DNA of 64,000 nucleotides from Histomonas meleagridis 2922-C6/04-290x (lineage: Eukaryota; Protista; Parabasalia), in the NCBI GenBank assembly GCA_020184695.1, contig JAANOX010000243.1:186001-250000 (forward strand). Reading direction: 5' to 3'. The notes beneath the pieces were generated by a model that searched no databases, had not been told where the DNA came from, and saw nothing but the letters and a program-made list of their open reading frames with translations. This document shows, one piece after another, positions 35,820-46,549 of the stretch (its first letter is position 1; the number at the start of each line of letters is the position of its first letter). A program made the translations under genes and the position numbers.

Positions 35820-36180
35820 CAAGGGTTAAAAAATCACAAAAAGTTAACCTTTCAGTAACTCGAGCAAACATGCAATATTCGCGTCAAATCATTCGAAAAA
35901 CGCTAATTTTCTCCGTTTCGTTGAGGGTTCAAAAAAAGGGTTAAAAAATCACCTTTGAAAATTAAAAGGTACTTTTTACATTCAAAACCTCAGTTAATAA
36001 CAACTTTAAGCTCCAAACACTAAAATCCACATAGGATTAACATTAAATTCTTTCCGATAAATCAACCGTCAACTTTTGCGTTAAAGCCTTCAAAAAATGC
36101 TCATTTTCTCCGTTTCGTTGAGGGTTCAAAAAAAGGGTTAAAAAATCACCTTTGAAAATTTAATGATACTTTTTTAACAT
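35820..36180 (+). repeat. Internal diverged copy of TIR subrepeats
   Basis: Contains cattcaaaacctcagttaataacaactttaagctccaaacactaaaatc and aaaatgctcattttctccg, same orientation as the right TIR (about 54180-54230 and 53815-53835). Confidence 0.85.
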
Positions 36181-36339
36181 TTTAATTTATGTAAAATGTT
36201 TTTTATTGGTGTTTGGATGTGTGTTATTGGAACCATTTACGTTTTAAATTCAATCGTAAATACAATGATAAAAATATATGTTGTATTTAACGAAGAGGAA
36301 GGAGATAACAAAGATATCCGTGAAGATATTAAAAAGGTC

Positions 36340-37172
36340 ACTTTACTCTTAAAGTACAACAGTTTTTTTCTGTAATTATAAAGAAATACTAATTGAATAA
36401 TAAACCTGCAATATTTCGGATAAATATTATTTTTACCGTTTGTTGTAAATCTAATGTTAAATGTTGAGCCATCAGTTGGCGCGTTATATAATACAGTAAA
36501 AAAAAAAAAAAAATCACCTTTGATGCCAATGAATCGTCTCTTCGAATCACTAAATGAAGCATGAAATTCTAAATACTCTCTGTTCCAAACATTATTAAAA
36601 GTCATTACTTCCTTTTGAGTTGACAAATAACTTATACTTTCTGACGTTACATCTTGATTTAAGAATTTCAAAAAACTTTCTAAATTAGATGTAGTACTTC
36701 CTGAATCAACAATCGCAAATTTTTGCGACAAGATTTTGGCTTTCATCCGAGCCTACATAAGTACAAGCAAAATATAAATTGCCTGAGTCTTCGTATTCAT
36801 AAGATAATCTATAACTCGCAAATGAATTATTAAAACTATTACAAATTGACGTTAAAATTTCAAATAAAGTATTTTGCGCCATAACTTGAATTTTTAATGA
36901 TACGTGGATTAGGTGAAGAACCACTGACGCTTTCAGGTTTAGTTACTTCAAACTGTAATGAGAAAACGTGAGCGGTCGGCGTTATATCTAATCTTCTTAT
37001 GCCAATAGCTTTATTCTGTGACGGAGACTCTAACCAACGTTGAGGATAACGGAAAGTATAACCATTTTGAGGATTTAATACTTCATACTTATCTAAATCA
37101 AGATTTGTATAATTTTTGTTCAATCGGTAACTGAGACGCAGTTGTTGTAAATTGATTTTCAGTTTTATACAT
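36340..37172 (-). CDS. Element beta-rich protein (possible second structural protein), frameshifted
   Basis: ORF pieces 36860-37123, 36706-36924 and 36237-36746 appear to be one gene starting at ATG 37172. The 3' end is approximate. Confidence 0.45.
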
Positions 37173-37188
37173 TTTTATCTTATTAAAA

Positions 37189-37413
37189 ATGTCAAATTCA
37201 CAGTTTGAAAAAATTGAAAATATAGTAAGAGCATTAATGAATAAAAAAAACACTATTGTATACAGTAATCAATCAAAAAAATCTAATACATTATCAAATA
37301 GTATATGTACATTACAGAAAAATAGTTATGACAAATCATTTGTTTTCACTTACGGAAGAAATCATGTTGTAATATCACCGTTAGATAATAGCATAAAAAA
37401 ATTTAAAATATAA
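37189..37413 (+). CDS. Small element hypothetical protein
   Basis: 74-aa ATG ORF, head-to-head with ATG 37172 (16 bp apart). Confidence 0.45.
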   Translation: MSNSQFEKIENIVRALMNKKNTIVYSNQSKKSNTLSNSICTLQKNSYDKSFVFTYGRNHVVISPLDNSIKKFKI

Positions 37414-37483
37414 CAAAAATAATATTAAATGTGATGATATAAATACTGGAAAAAATAAAAAAAAAAATGCATATATAATTGAA

Positions 37484-40400
37484 ATGTTCGGTAAAATAAA
37501 TAAAGTATTGGATTTATATAAACAATTCGTAAAAATCAATGAAGATAGTAATAATGTTTCAATTACAAATTTAATTATTGATACCATTAATGGTTATTCA
37601 ACAGATGATTTTGCATTAAAAAATCATACACATGAAATAATTAATAATGATTTAGCTATTAATGGTAGTCTTGTCGCAAATTCCATTAACGGATATTATA
37701 TTTCAAACAGTATTGGAGGAGGTTCTAATTCAACAGTAAATATTCCATCAATCGCGACTATTAAATCAGATGGAGTCATGGAAGTCGGTGAGTATATTGA
37801 TTTTCATTATAGAGATGATTATAATAAAGATAATACGTGGAGAATTAGAGCAATAACCGATACATAAAAAAAGATGGAAGTACAATTAGTTTTAATAATA
37901 ACGGTAATATAACAGTAAATAGTATTAATGGTATTTCTACAAATGATATATCACTAACGACGCATAATCACGACGACAAATACTCTCCGTTAAATCATAT
38001 TCATAGTGATTATCTAACTAATGCTAACTTAGAAAGTATTAATCATAAATTAACAGGAATATATTATAATGAAGAAACGATTACTAATGAGGAAGAAGAA
38101 GAGGATATTACTGAAAAATATACTTTAATAAATCAAGATCTTATAGTTAATGGTACGATTAATGATATTAACACAGAAGAAATAGCTTTAGTTCGAGACG
38201 GAATTTTATCTACCGGAGACGTTATATCATTTGAAAACGGAGTCAGTATATCAACTTATGATAATACTACTGATGAAGGAATTACTGAAAATAATTTATT
38301 AATAAATTTTTCTAATGGTAATAGTATCATGTTAGAGGATAGCGGACATACTTATGGTATAATTAATAATGAAAGAGAAATAAAAACAGAATACTATTTA
38401 ACAAAACAAATGATCATTGATGATGAAGACATACAAGAAATTTTAATGGGACCTCCAGGAGAAGACGGTGAATCCACATATAAAGAAAGTTTTGTTGATA
38501 GTATATTTGATATAATAGATACATTTTTTACAGCTGCTGATACAGCATATACTATAGCTCAAATTGTAAGTCAAATAAAAAATTTTGGGTGGGCAGGATT
38601 TTTATATAATAGTTTTGGGATTAATGTTATGAAGTCAAAAGGTTATTTACCGTTACCATCATTGAAATCAGTAGTTTTTGATGAATATGATATATCGACA
38701 GGTGGAATGTTGGAAGATTTAGAAGTTCCAAACGCTGATGATATTGACCAAGAATTTAATGAATATAATTATTTAATAAATCTATTCCCAGAAATGAATA
38801 TTATATTTAAAAATTTGAAGTATTATTATAAAGACGTCTCTAAAGGTCAAAGAACAAATGAATTAGGTCTTTTTATTAGTCGATTGTCAGATATATAAAC
38901 GTTTCGTTAATCATAAACATGATAATTATTTAATAGCTGCTGATTTAAATAATTATACAGGAATAACTTATCATAAAGATTTATTAGAAACTAATGAAGA
39001 GGAGGAAGAAATATATGAAATCTACACGTCAATTAATCAAGATTTAAAGGTTAATGGATCGCTGATCTCCGATAGCTTTAGCTGTCGCGGTAATGTTGAA
39101 TGTACAACAATTAATGGTATTGATTTAGATGAATTATCTGTTATCAGTAATGATATATTTAATATTAACAATAAATTAACAGGTATTACTTTTAATAAAG
39201 ATTATGTCGAAACAAATGAAGAAGAAGATATTTATGAAATTTACACGTCAATTAATCAAGATTTAAAAAAATAAATGGTAATATAGAATGTACAACTATT
39301 AATGGTATTGATACTAATAACTTTTCTTTAACAAATCATACTCACAATCAATATTTAACTAATGATAATTTAACTGATATAAATAAGGCTTTAACAGGAA
39401 TATCATATAATGAATATGGCGATTGGACTAAGATTAAACATGATTTATTAGTAGGTAATGATATTTCATGTAGAATATTGACAGCAAGTCGTAATATCAA
39501 TATTGATTGTAGTAAATATTCAGATGATACAAATATTTATAAAGGATTGTTTATTCATAGAACTAATGCAATGCCGGGTGATTCTATTAGGATGGAAATA
39601 GGTGTATTGCCTAATGGAGATGATTGTAGCGTAATAGAACATTACGTAGGTTCTGATGATAATATTGATACTTGTCTAAGATTCAAAGTTTGTGATGGCA
39701 ATTATGTAAGTATATATAAAAATGGTAATATTAGTTGTAATAGTATTAATGGAATTGATACTAATAATATTTCATTAACAACACATAATCATGATGATAA
39801 ATATTCTTTATTAAATCATAATCATACAGAATTTAATAATGCTATTACTATTAATGGTGAACTTATTGTAAATAGTGATATATTTATTGATGGTAATATA
39901 AATTGTATTTCTATTAATAATATTTCTGTTGATAATTTCTCATTAAAAAATCATACTCATGATACTATTGATAATGATTTAAATGTTAATGGTAATTTAT
40001 ATTGTGAAACAATTAATGGAAAAATACCTGAAGAATTCTCATTAAAATATCATAATCATGACGATAGATATTCTTTAACAACACATAATCATGATGATAA
40101 ATACTCTTCGTTAAATCATACTCATAATGAATACTCATTAACAACACATAATCATGATGATAAATACTCTTCGTTAAATCATACTCATAATGAATACTCA
40201 TTAACAACACATAATCATGATGATAAATACTCTTCGTTAAATCATACACATGAAATTATTAATAATGATTTAGCTATTAATGGTAGTCTTGTCGCAAATT
40301 CCATTAACGGATATTATATTTCAAACAGTATTGGAGGAGGTTCTAATTCAACAGTAAATATTCCATCAATCGCGACTATTAAATCAGATGGTGTAATGGA

Positions 40401-41278
40401 AGTTGGACAATATATTGACTTTCATGATAATAATGATTTAAATAGTGATTATTCTTGGAGAATAAGAACTGCCGGCAATGTTATGTATTTCGGTAAACTT
40501 GATAATAATGATGGTGTTATTAGTTTCAATGGAATTGATGGTAATATAAATTGTATTTCTATTAATGATATACCTGTTAATAATTTTTCTTTAAATACAC
40601 ATACTCATAGTTATAATGATATTACTGATAAACCATCAACATTTACTCCATCATCTCATACTCATCAACCTGCTGATATTGTTCCTTATCAAAATTCTGT
40701 ATTAAAAACACGAAGATTTTTTTAGATTTCGTTTTTCATAATAATTCAACAGAAGCACCAGGTATTTATACTTGGAGAATAGCATCATATGAAAATGAAT
40801 TAGGATTTTGGCATATATCAGATGATACATACAGAAAAAGCTATTATATCAGATTGAATGGTTTTTGATATTGGCTCTCCTGTATTTATAACAGGTAACG
40901 TATATAAATTAAATAATAATAATTATACTTCAGTTACTGATTCTACTAATTGTATTCCTAGTGTTAAATCATCAGGAACTTATAAAGAATTTATCGGAAT
41001 TTGTACAGCAAAAACATAACTCTGGTGAAATTTTTTTTTTTTTTTACACAATTAAACAAGACATATCGATTAATCAAGATACAATTGATTTTGCAACTCA
41101 CGGAGATTATTATTTTAAAGTTACTGATTCATCAAAATATAATATTGGCGATACAGTGCTTTATGATGAAACTATATTAGATGACGAAACACCATTAACG
41201 GCAAAAATAAATAATATGATTATTGGAAAAGTCACCGCTATTATATCTGATTCTCTGTTAGCTGTATTTCGCTCTTAG
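37484..41278 (+). CDS. Large fibre-like protein with HxH repeats and phage tail-fibre motifs, split by frameshifts
   Basis: Fragments 37484-37867, 38329-38898, 39478-40725 and 40961-41278. Motifs THNHDDKYS, LKNHTH, KSDGVMEVG(E/Q)YIDFH twice, ITDKPSTFTPSSHTH and GPPGEDG. Confidence 0.6.
40075..40250 (+). repeat. 63-bp (21-aa) tandem repeat in fibre gene
   Basis: ttaacaacacataatcatgatgataaatac starts at 40075, 40138 and 40201. Confidence 0.92.
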
Positions 41279-41598
41279 AGCTCAAAGGCATTTTCTGCCA
41301 TTTCGGCAATAATATCTCGAATTCTTTTTAATGATTCATTCACATAAATTAACACTTCATTTATTTTTTTATGTTGTTCTGCAATAATATTTTTATTCTT
41401 TTTACTTCTTTTATCCTTCGGTTCGTTAATTTCTAAATATTGTTTACAAATTTCTAATGGTGATTTTTCTATTAAATCATTTTCTACAATAAAAGTAATC
41501 AGTAACTGAATATAAAATTCATTTAAATTAATTTTTGCAGTTTCTATTTCTTCGTCAATGTTTTCATATATTTTATTTATATCAAAAAATCTTTCCAT
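41275..41598 (-). CDS. Element hypothetical protein (107 aa)
   Basis: Intact ATG ORF preceded by TATATAAAATG; its stop overlaps the fibre-gene stop. Confidence 0.55.
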   Translation of the reverse strand: MERFFDINKIYENIDEEIETAKINLNEFYIQLLITFIVENDLIEKSPLEICKQYLEINEPKDKRSKKNKNIIAEQHKKINEVLIYVNESLKRIRDIIAEMAENAFEL

Positions 41599-41694
41599 TT
41601 TATATAAAATAAAAAAATAAAAAAAATAAAAATTAACTTTAAAAAAAATTAATGCTAATTTTTAAAAAAATTTATTTTTTTAATTTCTATAAAA

Positions 41695-42657
41695 ATGTTA
41701 ATGAAAAATTCTTGTTCTGCTCTTGTTTCGGAAAATCAAACGTCTGCTTTATGCTTAACTAAATTAAATAATATAAAGATTGAAAATAAAATTGATGATT
41801 CAGTAAATGATTATGCAAATACTATTAAAGAATATAAAAATAAAATTTTGAATCATCAGCTTCCCGTTGAAGTTAAATTAGAAAGAAATCAACAATATTT
41901 AGAACAAATTTTAGAATTTGCAAAATCAATTCCTGCTGTAAGCATTCCTGAATTAACGCTTGATGTTTCGGTCAAAAGTTTTCCAAAAATTGAGATTGAA
42001 AAAAGTGATTCAACAGAAATAAAAGCGTTAATTAGAAAAATTAACAGAAAAACACAAACCTTTTCTTGCGATCACTCAGCGCTCGAACGTAAAGCATTAA
42101 CATATAATGCTGATGCCTTAAAATTACGTAAAAGGTCTGAATTAAAGATAATTGATGATTTTTATAAGGTATTAGCCGAATATTGCTGGCGAATTAAAAA
42201 TAAAGATATAAGAGGAAAGGAATTTAATGAGTTTAATATTGAAATGTATGATGTTGATAAAGTTATTGAAGCTTCAATGAATTTTTCGGCTGAAGTTTAT
42301 AATTTCAACGCTAAGTATCATTCACTGAAATGTGATAAATGTGAAAAATTGATGAAAGAATATGAATATTCAGTTGAAGATATAGAGGAAAGAAGAAAAG
42401 AAGAAGAAGAAAGATTAAAAGATGAAATTAAAAGAATTCAAGAAGAAGTTGAAGAAATAGAAGATATTAATGATTTCGTTGAAGAGTATTTTCCAAATAA
42501 AGAAAGAATTTATGTTATGTCAATCGTTAAAATGTGGAAAGCAGTTAAAAAGTGCATGATTCGAAAAGATGAGATTAAAGGAATGCTTGAAGAAACAGGA
42601 AATTGGAAAATAACAAACGTTCATAATACACTTTATGCTACAAAAATAAAAGAATAA
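41695..42657 (+). CDS. Element protein with coiled coil and small C-terminal domain (possible DNA-binding)
   Basis: Intact 320-aa ORF; Glu/Arg-rich coiled coil followed by a ~60-aa compact domain. Confidence 0.6.
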   Translation: MLMKNSCSALVSENQTSALCLTKLNNIKIENKIDDSVNDYANTIKEYKNKILNHQLPVEVKLERNQQYLEQILEFAKSIPAVSIPELTLDVSVKSFPKIEIEKSDSTEIKALIRKINRKTQTFSCDHSALERKALTYNADALKLRKRSELKIIDDFYKVLAEYCWRIKNKDIRGKEFNEFNIEMYDVDKVIEASMNFSAEVYNFNAKYHSLKCDKCEKLMKEYEYSVEDIEERRKEEEERLKDEIKRIQEEVEEIEDINDFVEEYFPNKERIYVMSIVKMWKAVKKCMIRKDEIKGMLEETGNWKITNVHNTLYATKIKE

Positions 42658-42723
42658 AGAATTAATTTTAGAAAAAAATTAAACTTAGTTTTAAAAAAAA
42701 TTTATTTTTTTATTTTTGATAAA

Positions 42724-45009
42724 ATGCCAAAAAGATTGAGCAAAAAAGAAGTTAGAAGTTTATTTGAAAAATACGGATACACTTTACCGAAAAATTTTGA
42801 TTATAGAAATACTTCAACACCGCTTGAAGTTTATGACGAACAACATCAAAGTTATAAAAGATTGAGTGTTAATCAATTAAGATATAAAATATCAAGAGGA
42901 AGATCTGAATATATTCCGGAAGAAATTAATAATTTAATGAATCTTCCTTTAAGTGATAATGAACCGAAAAATAAAGATTCATTCGAACGTTTCAGTAAAA
43001 AGAAAGATGGATTTTTCAAAAATGAATCAGAAGATTTTAAACGTGAAGTATTTAATTTAACAAATAAATTGACAAAAAATTTAATGAAACAAAAAGATTT
43101 TACGTTTGAAAACAAATCAAGTATTGATACATTTCTTTCTGCTTTGATGTATGCGATTGAAACATGTGGTACTAAAATTAATAAAGATATTAAAATGACT
43201 TTAATTGATGAAGACGGAAGAGAACAATATTTGCATGCAAATAAAAATACCGTTGAATTTTTACGTGCTGGATTAAGTAATGAAAGAATCATTGGTGATA
43301 CAAATGATGTTGTATTTGAACATATGTTATTTATTAAAACCATTCATTTTGAATTTAAAGATTTCAAAAAAGGAAAGAGAATAAATCCAGGATTCTTTCC
43401 TTATATCAACACGTCAGATATTGATTTAAGAAAATTTGGAATATTTACAGACGTTAATGATTCTAATATAAATGAATCATGTTTAATTCAAGCATTTATT
43501 GCTTCAGAAGTATTGAAAGAAGATGAGTTAGAATTACTGAAGAGCTTTATTCAAACGCGAACTGTTCCAAGAAGTGAGTTAAAGAGAATTTCTGATTTAT
43601 TGAAAATCAAAATTGAAGTCAAAATATTTTATCCAGAAACCAAACATACACGCGTAAAGGTTTTTGGTGAGAATTACAACAGAGAAATAAAATTAATAAT
43701 TATCGAAGACCATTATATGCTAAATTCTAAAGTTAATGTTTCAGAATGTTATATAAAGAATTATGATAAAATAAATGCTGATTCAAGATTTAAAAATCAT
43801 AACAGAAAAATGATGTTATTAAAGTTTGACGACAAAAGATATTCATTTTCTAAAAAATGTTTGGGTATAAGAAGTTTGATTTATTTAATGATACAACATA
43901 AACTTTTAATGCCAATGAATCAACAAACAATAAATAAACTTTCATGGAGTTATAAGAAATCAAAAAATAAATCTTTTAACTCTTATAGAAAAATATTTGT
44001 TACTGATAAAAAACCTTTATCGATTTATTCTAAAAAAGTTAATCAAACAAAAAGTTTCTTTGGATACATTCCAGAAGAAAATGAAATCCCGGAGAGATTA
44101 AAAGAACTTCAAGAAGTTATTGATTCGTTGAAATTAAGAAAAAGAATTAATGTATCAAGATATTATAAATTTTCTGAATTAATGCAAAAGATAATGTTTG
44201 AGTTCGGATGTTTTGATAATGTATATTCATTTTCTGGAGAGATTGCAGATAAAATAAGATCTGAAATTCATTTTCCAAAAATTATTTGGAATAAGATTTA
44301 TTTAAAACAAAAACTTTATTATATTGATCAATGCGGAGCGTATATGTCAAGTGTTCAATCAATTCCTGCTGGATTACCTGATGCTAACGGAAACTTTAAA
44401 GAAGAAAACACAAAAATAAAAGAGTTAATAGAAAAATTATATGATGCAAGAATGAAAGCCAAATTATTGGGAAAAGATAAATTATCAACAACACTTAAAT
44501 TTTTGATGAATAGCTGCTGGGGATTTTCGATTCAAAAACCAAAAATTATAAAACATAAATTTGTAAATAACGTTAATAAGTATATTGATGAATTCGCACC
44601 TTATGTATTAAAATACACTTATAATGCAGATGGAATTTCAGGGTTTGTTGATACAATTAATCCTTATGTCGAATGTTTCACTTATCCACAATTTGCAAAA
44701 AGTGTATTAGATAATTTTAATGAAAAAATGAATCTTATAAAAGATCTTGTGAAAGTTTATTACTCAAAGGTTGATTCTGCGTTAGTGTCGGAGGAAGATT
44801 TTAAATTACTAAAAGATAAAGGATTTATTGGTAATGAACTCGGTAAGTTCAAGATTGAGCACGTTTTCACTGAAGTGTATTTTAAATCTCCCGAAAATTT
44901 TATCGGTAAGCATGAAGACGGAAGTTATTACTATCACTGCACGCCAAAAATAAAACAATACTGTGAAAATTCAAGTGATCCGATAAAGAAATTAATGAGT
45001 ATGAGCTAA
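42724..45009 (+). CDS. Divergent protein-primed family B DNA polymerase
   Basis: Intact 761-aa ORF. Motif A YYIDQCGAY, motif B KFLMNSCWG, motif C YYSKVDS, then LGKFKIE. Confidence 0.8.
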   Translation: MPKRLSKKEVRSLFEKYGYTLPKNFDYRNTSTPLEVYDEQHQSYKRLSVNQLRYKISRGRSEYIPEEINNLMNLPLSDNEPKNKDSFERFSKKKDGFFKNESEDFKREVFNLTNKLTKNLMKQKDFTFENKSSIDTFLSALMYAIETCGTKINKDIKMTLIDEDGREQYLHANKNTVEFLRAGLSNERIIGDTNDVVFEHMLFIKTIHFEFKDFKKGKRINPGFFPYINTSDIDLRKFGIFTDVNDSNINESCLIQAFIASEVLKEDELELLKSFIQTRTVPRSELKRISDLLKIKIEVKIFYPETKHTRVKVFGENYNREIKLIIIEDHYMLNSKVNVSECYIKNYDKINADSRFKNHNRKMMLLKFDDKRYSFSKKCLGIRSLIYLMIQHKLLMPMNQQTINKLSWSYKKSKNKSFNSYRKIFVTDKKPLSIYSKKVNQTKSFFGYIPEENEIPERLKELQEVIDSLKLRKRINVSRYYKFSELMQKIMFEFGCFDNVYSFSGEIADKIRSEIHFPKIIWNKIYLKQKLYYIDQCGAYMSSVQSIPAGLPDANGNFKEENTKIKELIEKLYDARMKAKLLGKDKLSTTLKFLMNSCWGFSIQKPKIIKHKFVNNVNKYIDEFAPYVLKYTYNADGISGFVDTINPYVECFTYPQFAKSVLDNFNEKMNLIKDLVKVYYSKVDSALVSEEDFKLLKDKGFIGNELGKFKIEHVFTEVYFKSPENFIGKHEDGSYYYHCTPKIKQYCENSSDPIKKLMSMS

Positions 45010-45098
45010 AAAAAAATTTATTTTTCGGCTGATTTTGCAAAATAAAAAATTAAAGCTAATTTTAAAAAAATTTATTTTTTTATTTTCTATAAAATAGA

Positions 45099-45662
45099 AT
45101 GAGTTGGATTGATTGTGTTGCAGATGCTGATTATCAAATATTCACAGAATTTCCGTTTCAAATAAGAAGAAAATCAAATAAAAGAATCATTAGCGAACAT
45201 GTCGATGAAACACGAGGCGGATACGTTCAATGTCGCTTAAACGGCAGAAAATATCTTAAACATAGAATAATAGCAGAACAATTTATACCAAATCCTGAAA
45301 ATAAACCTTTTATAGATCATATTAATCATGACAGAACAGATTTTCGCATTAATAATCTCCGCTGGGTTTCTTCATCAGAAAATAATTCAAATAAATCATC
45401 ATACCTTGGGAAAGATTATGAATATTTTGATGAAATTAACGAAGATTCAATTGAAGTTAGAGAGTATAACAATTATCTATTTGAGGATTATTACTATGAC
45501 AATGAAACAGATTCGTTTTACTTTTGGAACGGTTTGCAGTTCAGAAAATTGAACATTTGCTATGATAAGCGCGGTTATGCTTTAGTTTATGCACGCGATA
45601 TTAATAATAAACAAGTTCAGATTTATTATGCAAAATTCAAAAGAATTTATGGTTTCGACTGA
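45099..45662 (+). CDS. HNH endonuclease (HNH_3/homing type)
   Basis: HRIIAEQFIPNPENKPFIDHINHDRTDFRINNLRWVSSSENNSNK. Confidence 0.9.
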   Translation: MSWIDCVADADYQIFTEFPFQIRRKSNKRIISEHVDETRGGYVQCRLNGRKYLKHRIIAEQFIPNPENKPFIDHINHDRTDFRINNLRWVSSSENNSNKSSYLGKDYEYFDEINEDSIEVREYNNYLFEDYYYDNETDSFYFWNGLQFRKLNICYDKRGYALVYARDINNKQVQIYYAKFKRIYGFD

Positions 45663-45664
45663 AT

Positions 45665-46080
45665 TTATTTATAACTTATTTTTCCTGATGACTTAACAAA
45701 TTTTGTTGATATTTTTCTTTCGCTTAAGAATTCACAGACGTCAGAGTAATTATATTTCAAATTATAAGTATTACCGTCTTTCTTTACATATATTTTTGAT
45801 ACATAATCTAACGTTGAGCTTTTGCAACATCCGGCGTCGGTGTCCGCCTTCACTAACTCAACTTCTTGAGTATCACATAATAATTGAACAAGTTTAACTA
45901 ACTATTTTCTGTTGCATTAACATTAGGATAAACCGCTACATTTTCATAAGGATTTGATACTCCTTTTACCACAACATTAACGTTTTGACTTTGACTTTGT
46001 TTCGGAGAATTTATATTAGTTCCAACTCTTGCAAGAAATCCTCGATTGCAGGATAAAACACTACTTTTAGGAACTGACAT
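45665..46080 (-). CDS. Element hypothetical protein, one frameshift
   Basis: ORFs 45898-46080 and 45665-45853 join if one T is restored near 45900; the same sequence is conserved in the older relic. Confidence 0.55.
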
Positions 46081-46119
46081 TTTTTATAAGTGATAAAAAT
46101 TTATTTTTACTGTTATTAA

Positions 46120-46500
46120 ATGGAGGAATCTCTTATTCCAATAAATATTTTCGATTTCATCAAACATCTAAAATTAAATAAAAAGATAACAACAAAACAA
46201 TTACCGTTTATAGAAAATATTTATTTCTATATTAATGATTGCGTAATATATAAATATGTAATTGCTGTACGTCCTGAAATGTTTAAAAGAGCGAAACGTT
46301 TCGGTTTGGAATCATTATATAATGTCTATTGTGGAATTAATGTTAAGATTTATGAACCAATACCAAATACAGCAAAAGGAAGATTTATTTTGATGTGGAA
46401 TCCAGGCAATTGTGAAATTACAGTTGCTGAAGGTGAAGACGAATTACCAAATAATTTTGACAAAAATAAAAAAATCTTAAGATTCGGAACGGCTCTCTGA
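46120..46500 (+). CDS. Element hypothetical protein (~120 aa)
   Basis: ATG ORF in TAAATG context; a homologous relic is present at about 30990-31100. Confidence 0.55.
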   Translation: MEESLIPINIFDFIKHLKLNKKITTKQLPFIENIYFYINDCVIYKYVIAVRPEMFKRAKRFGLESLYNVYCGINVKIYEPIPNTAKGRFILMWNPGNCEITVAEGEDELPNNFDKNKKILRFGTAL

Positions 46501-46527
46501 GCCTGAGCTCCTTCGGAGCGAAACAAT
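46473..46527. terminator. 55-bp GC-rich double hairpin, copy 2
   Basis: Identical to 34948-35002; lies between the convergent 126-aa ORF and the MCP gene. Confidence 0.5.
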
Positions 46528-46549
46528 ATTTTATAAATCAATAATATTT

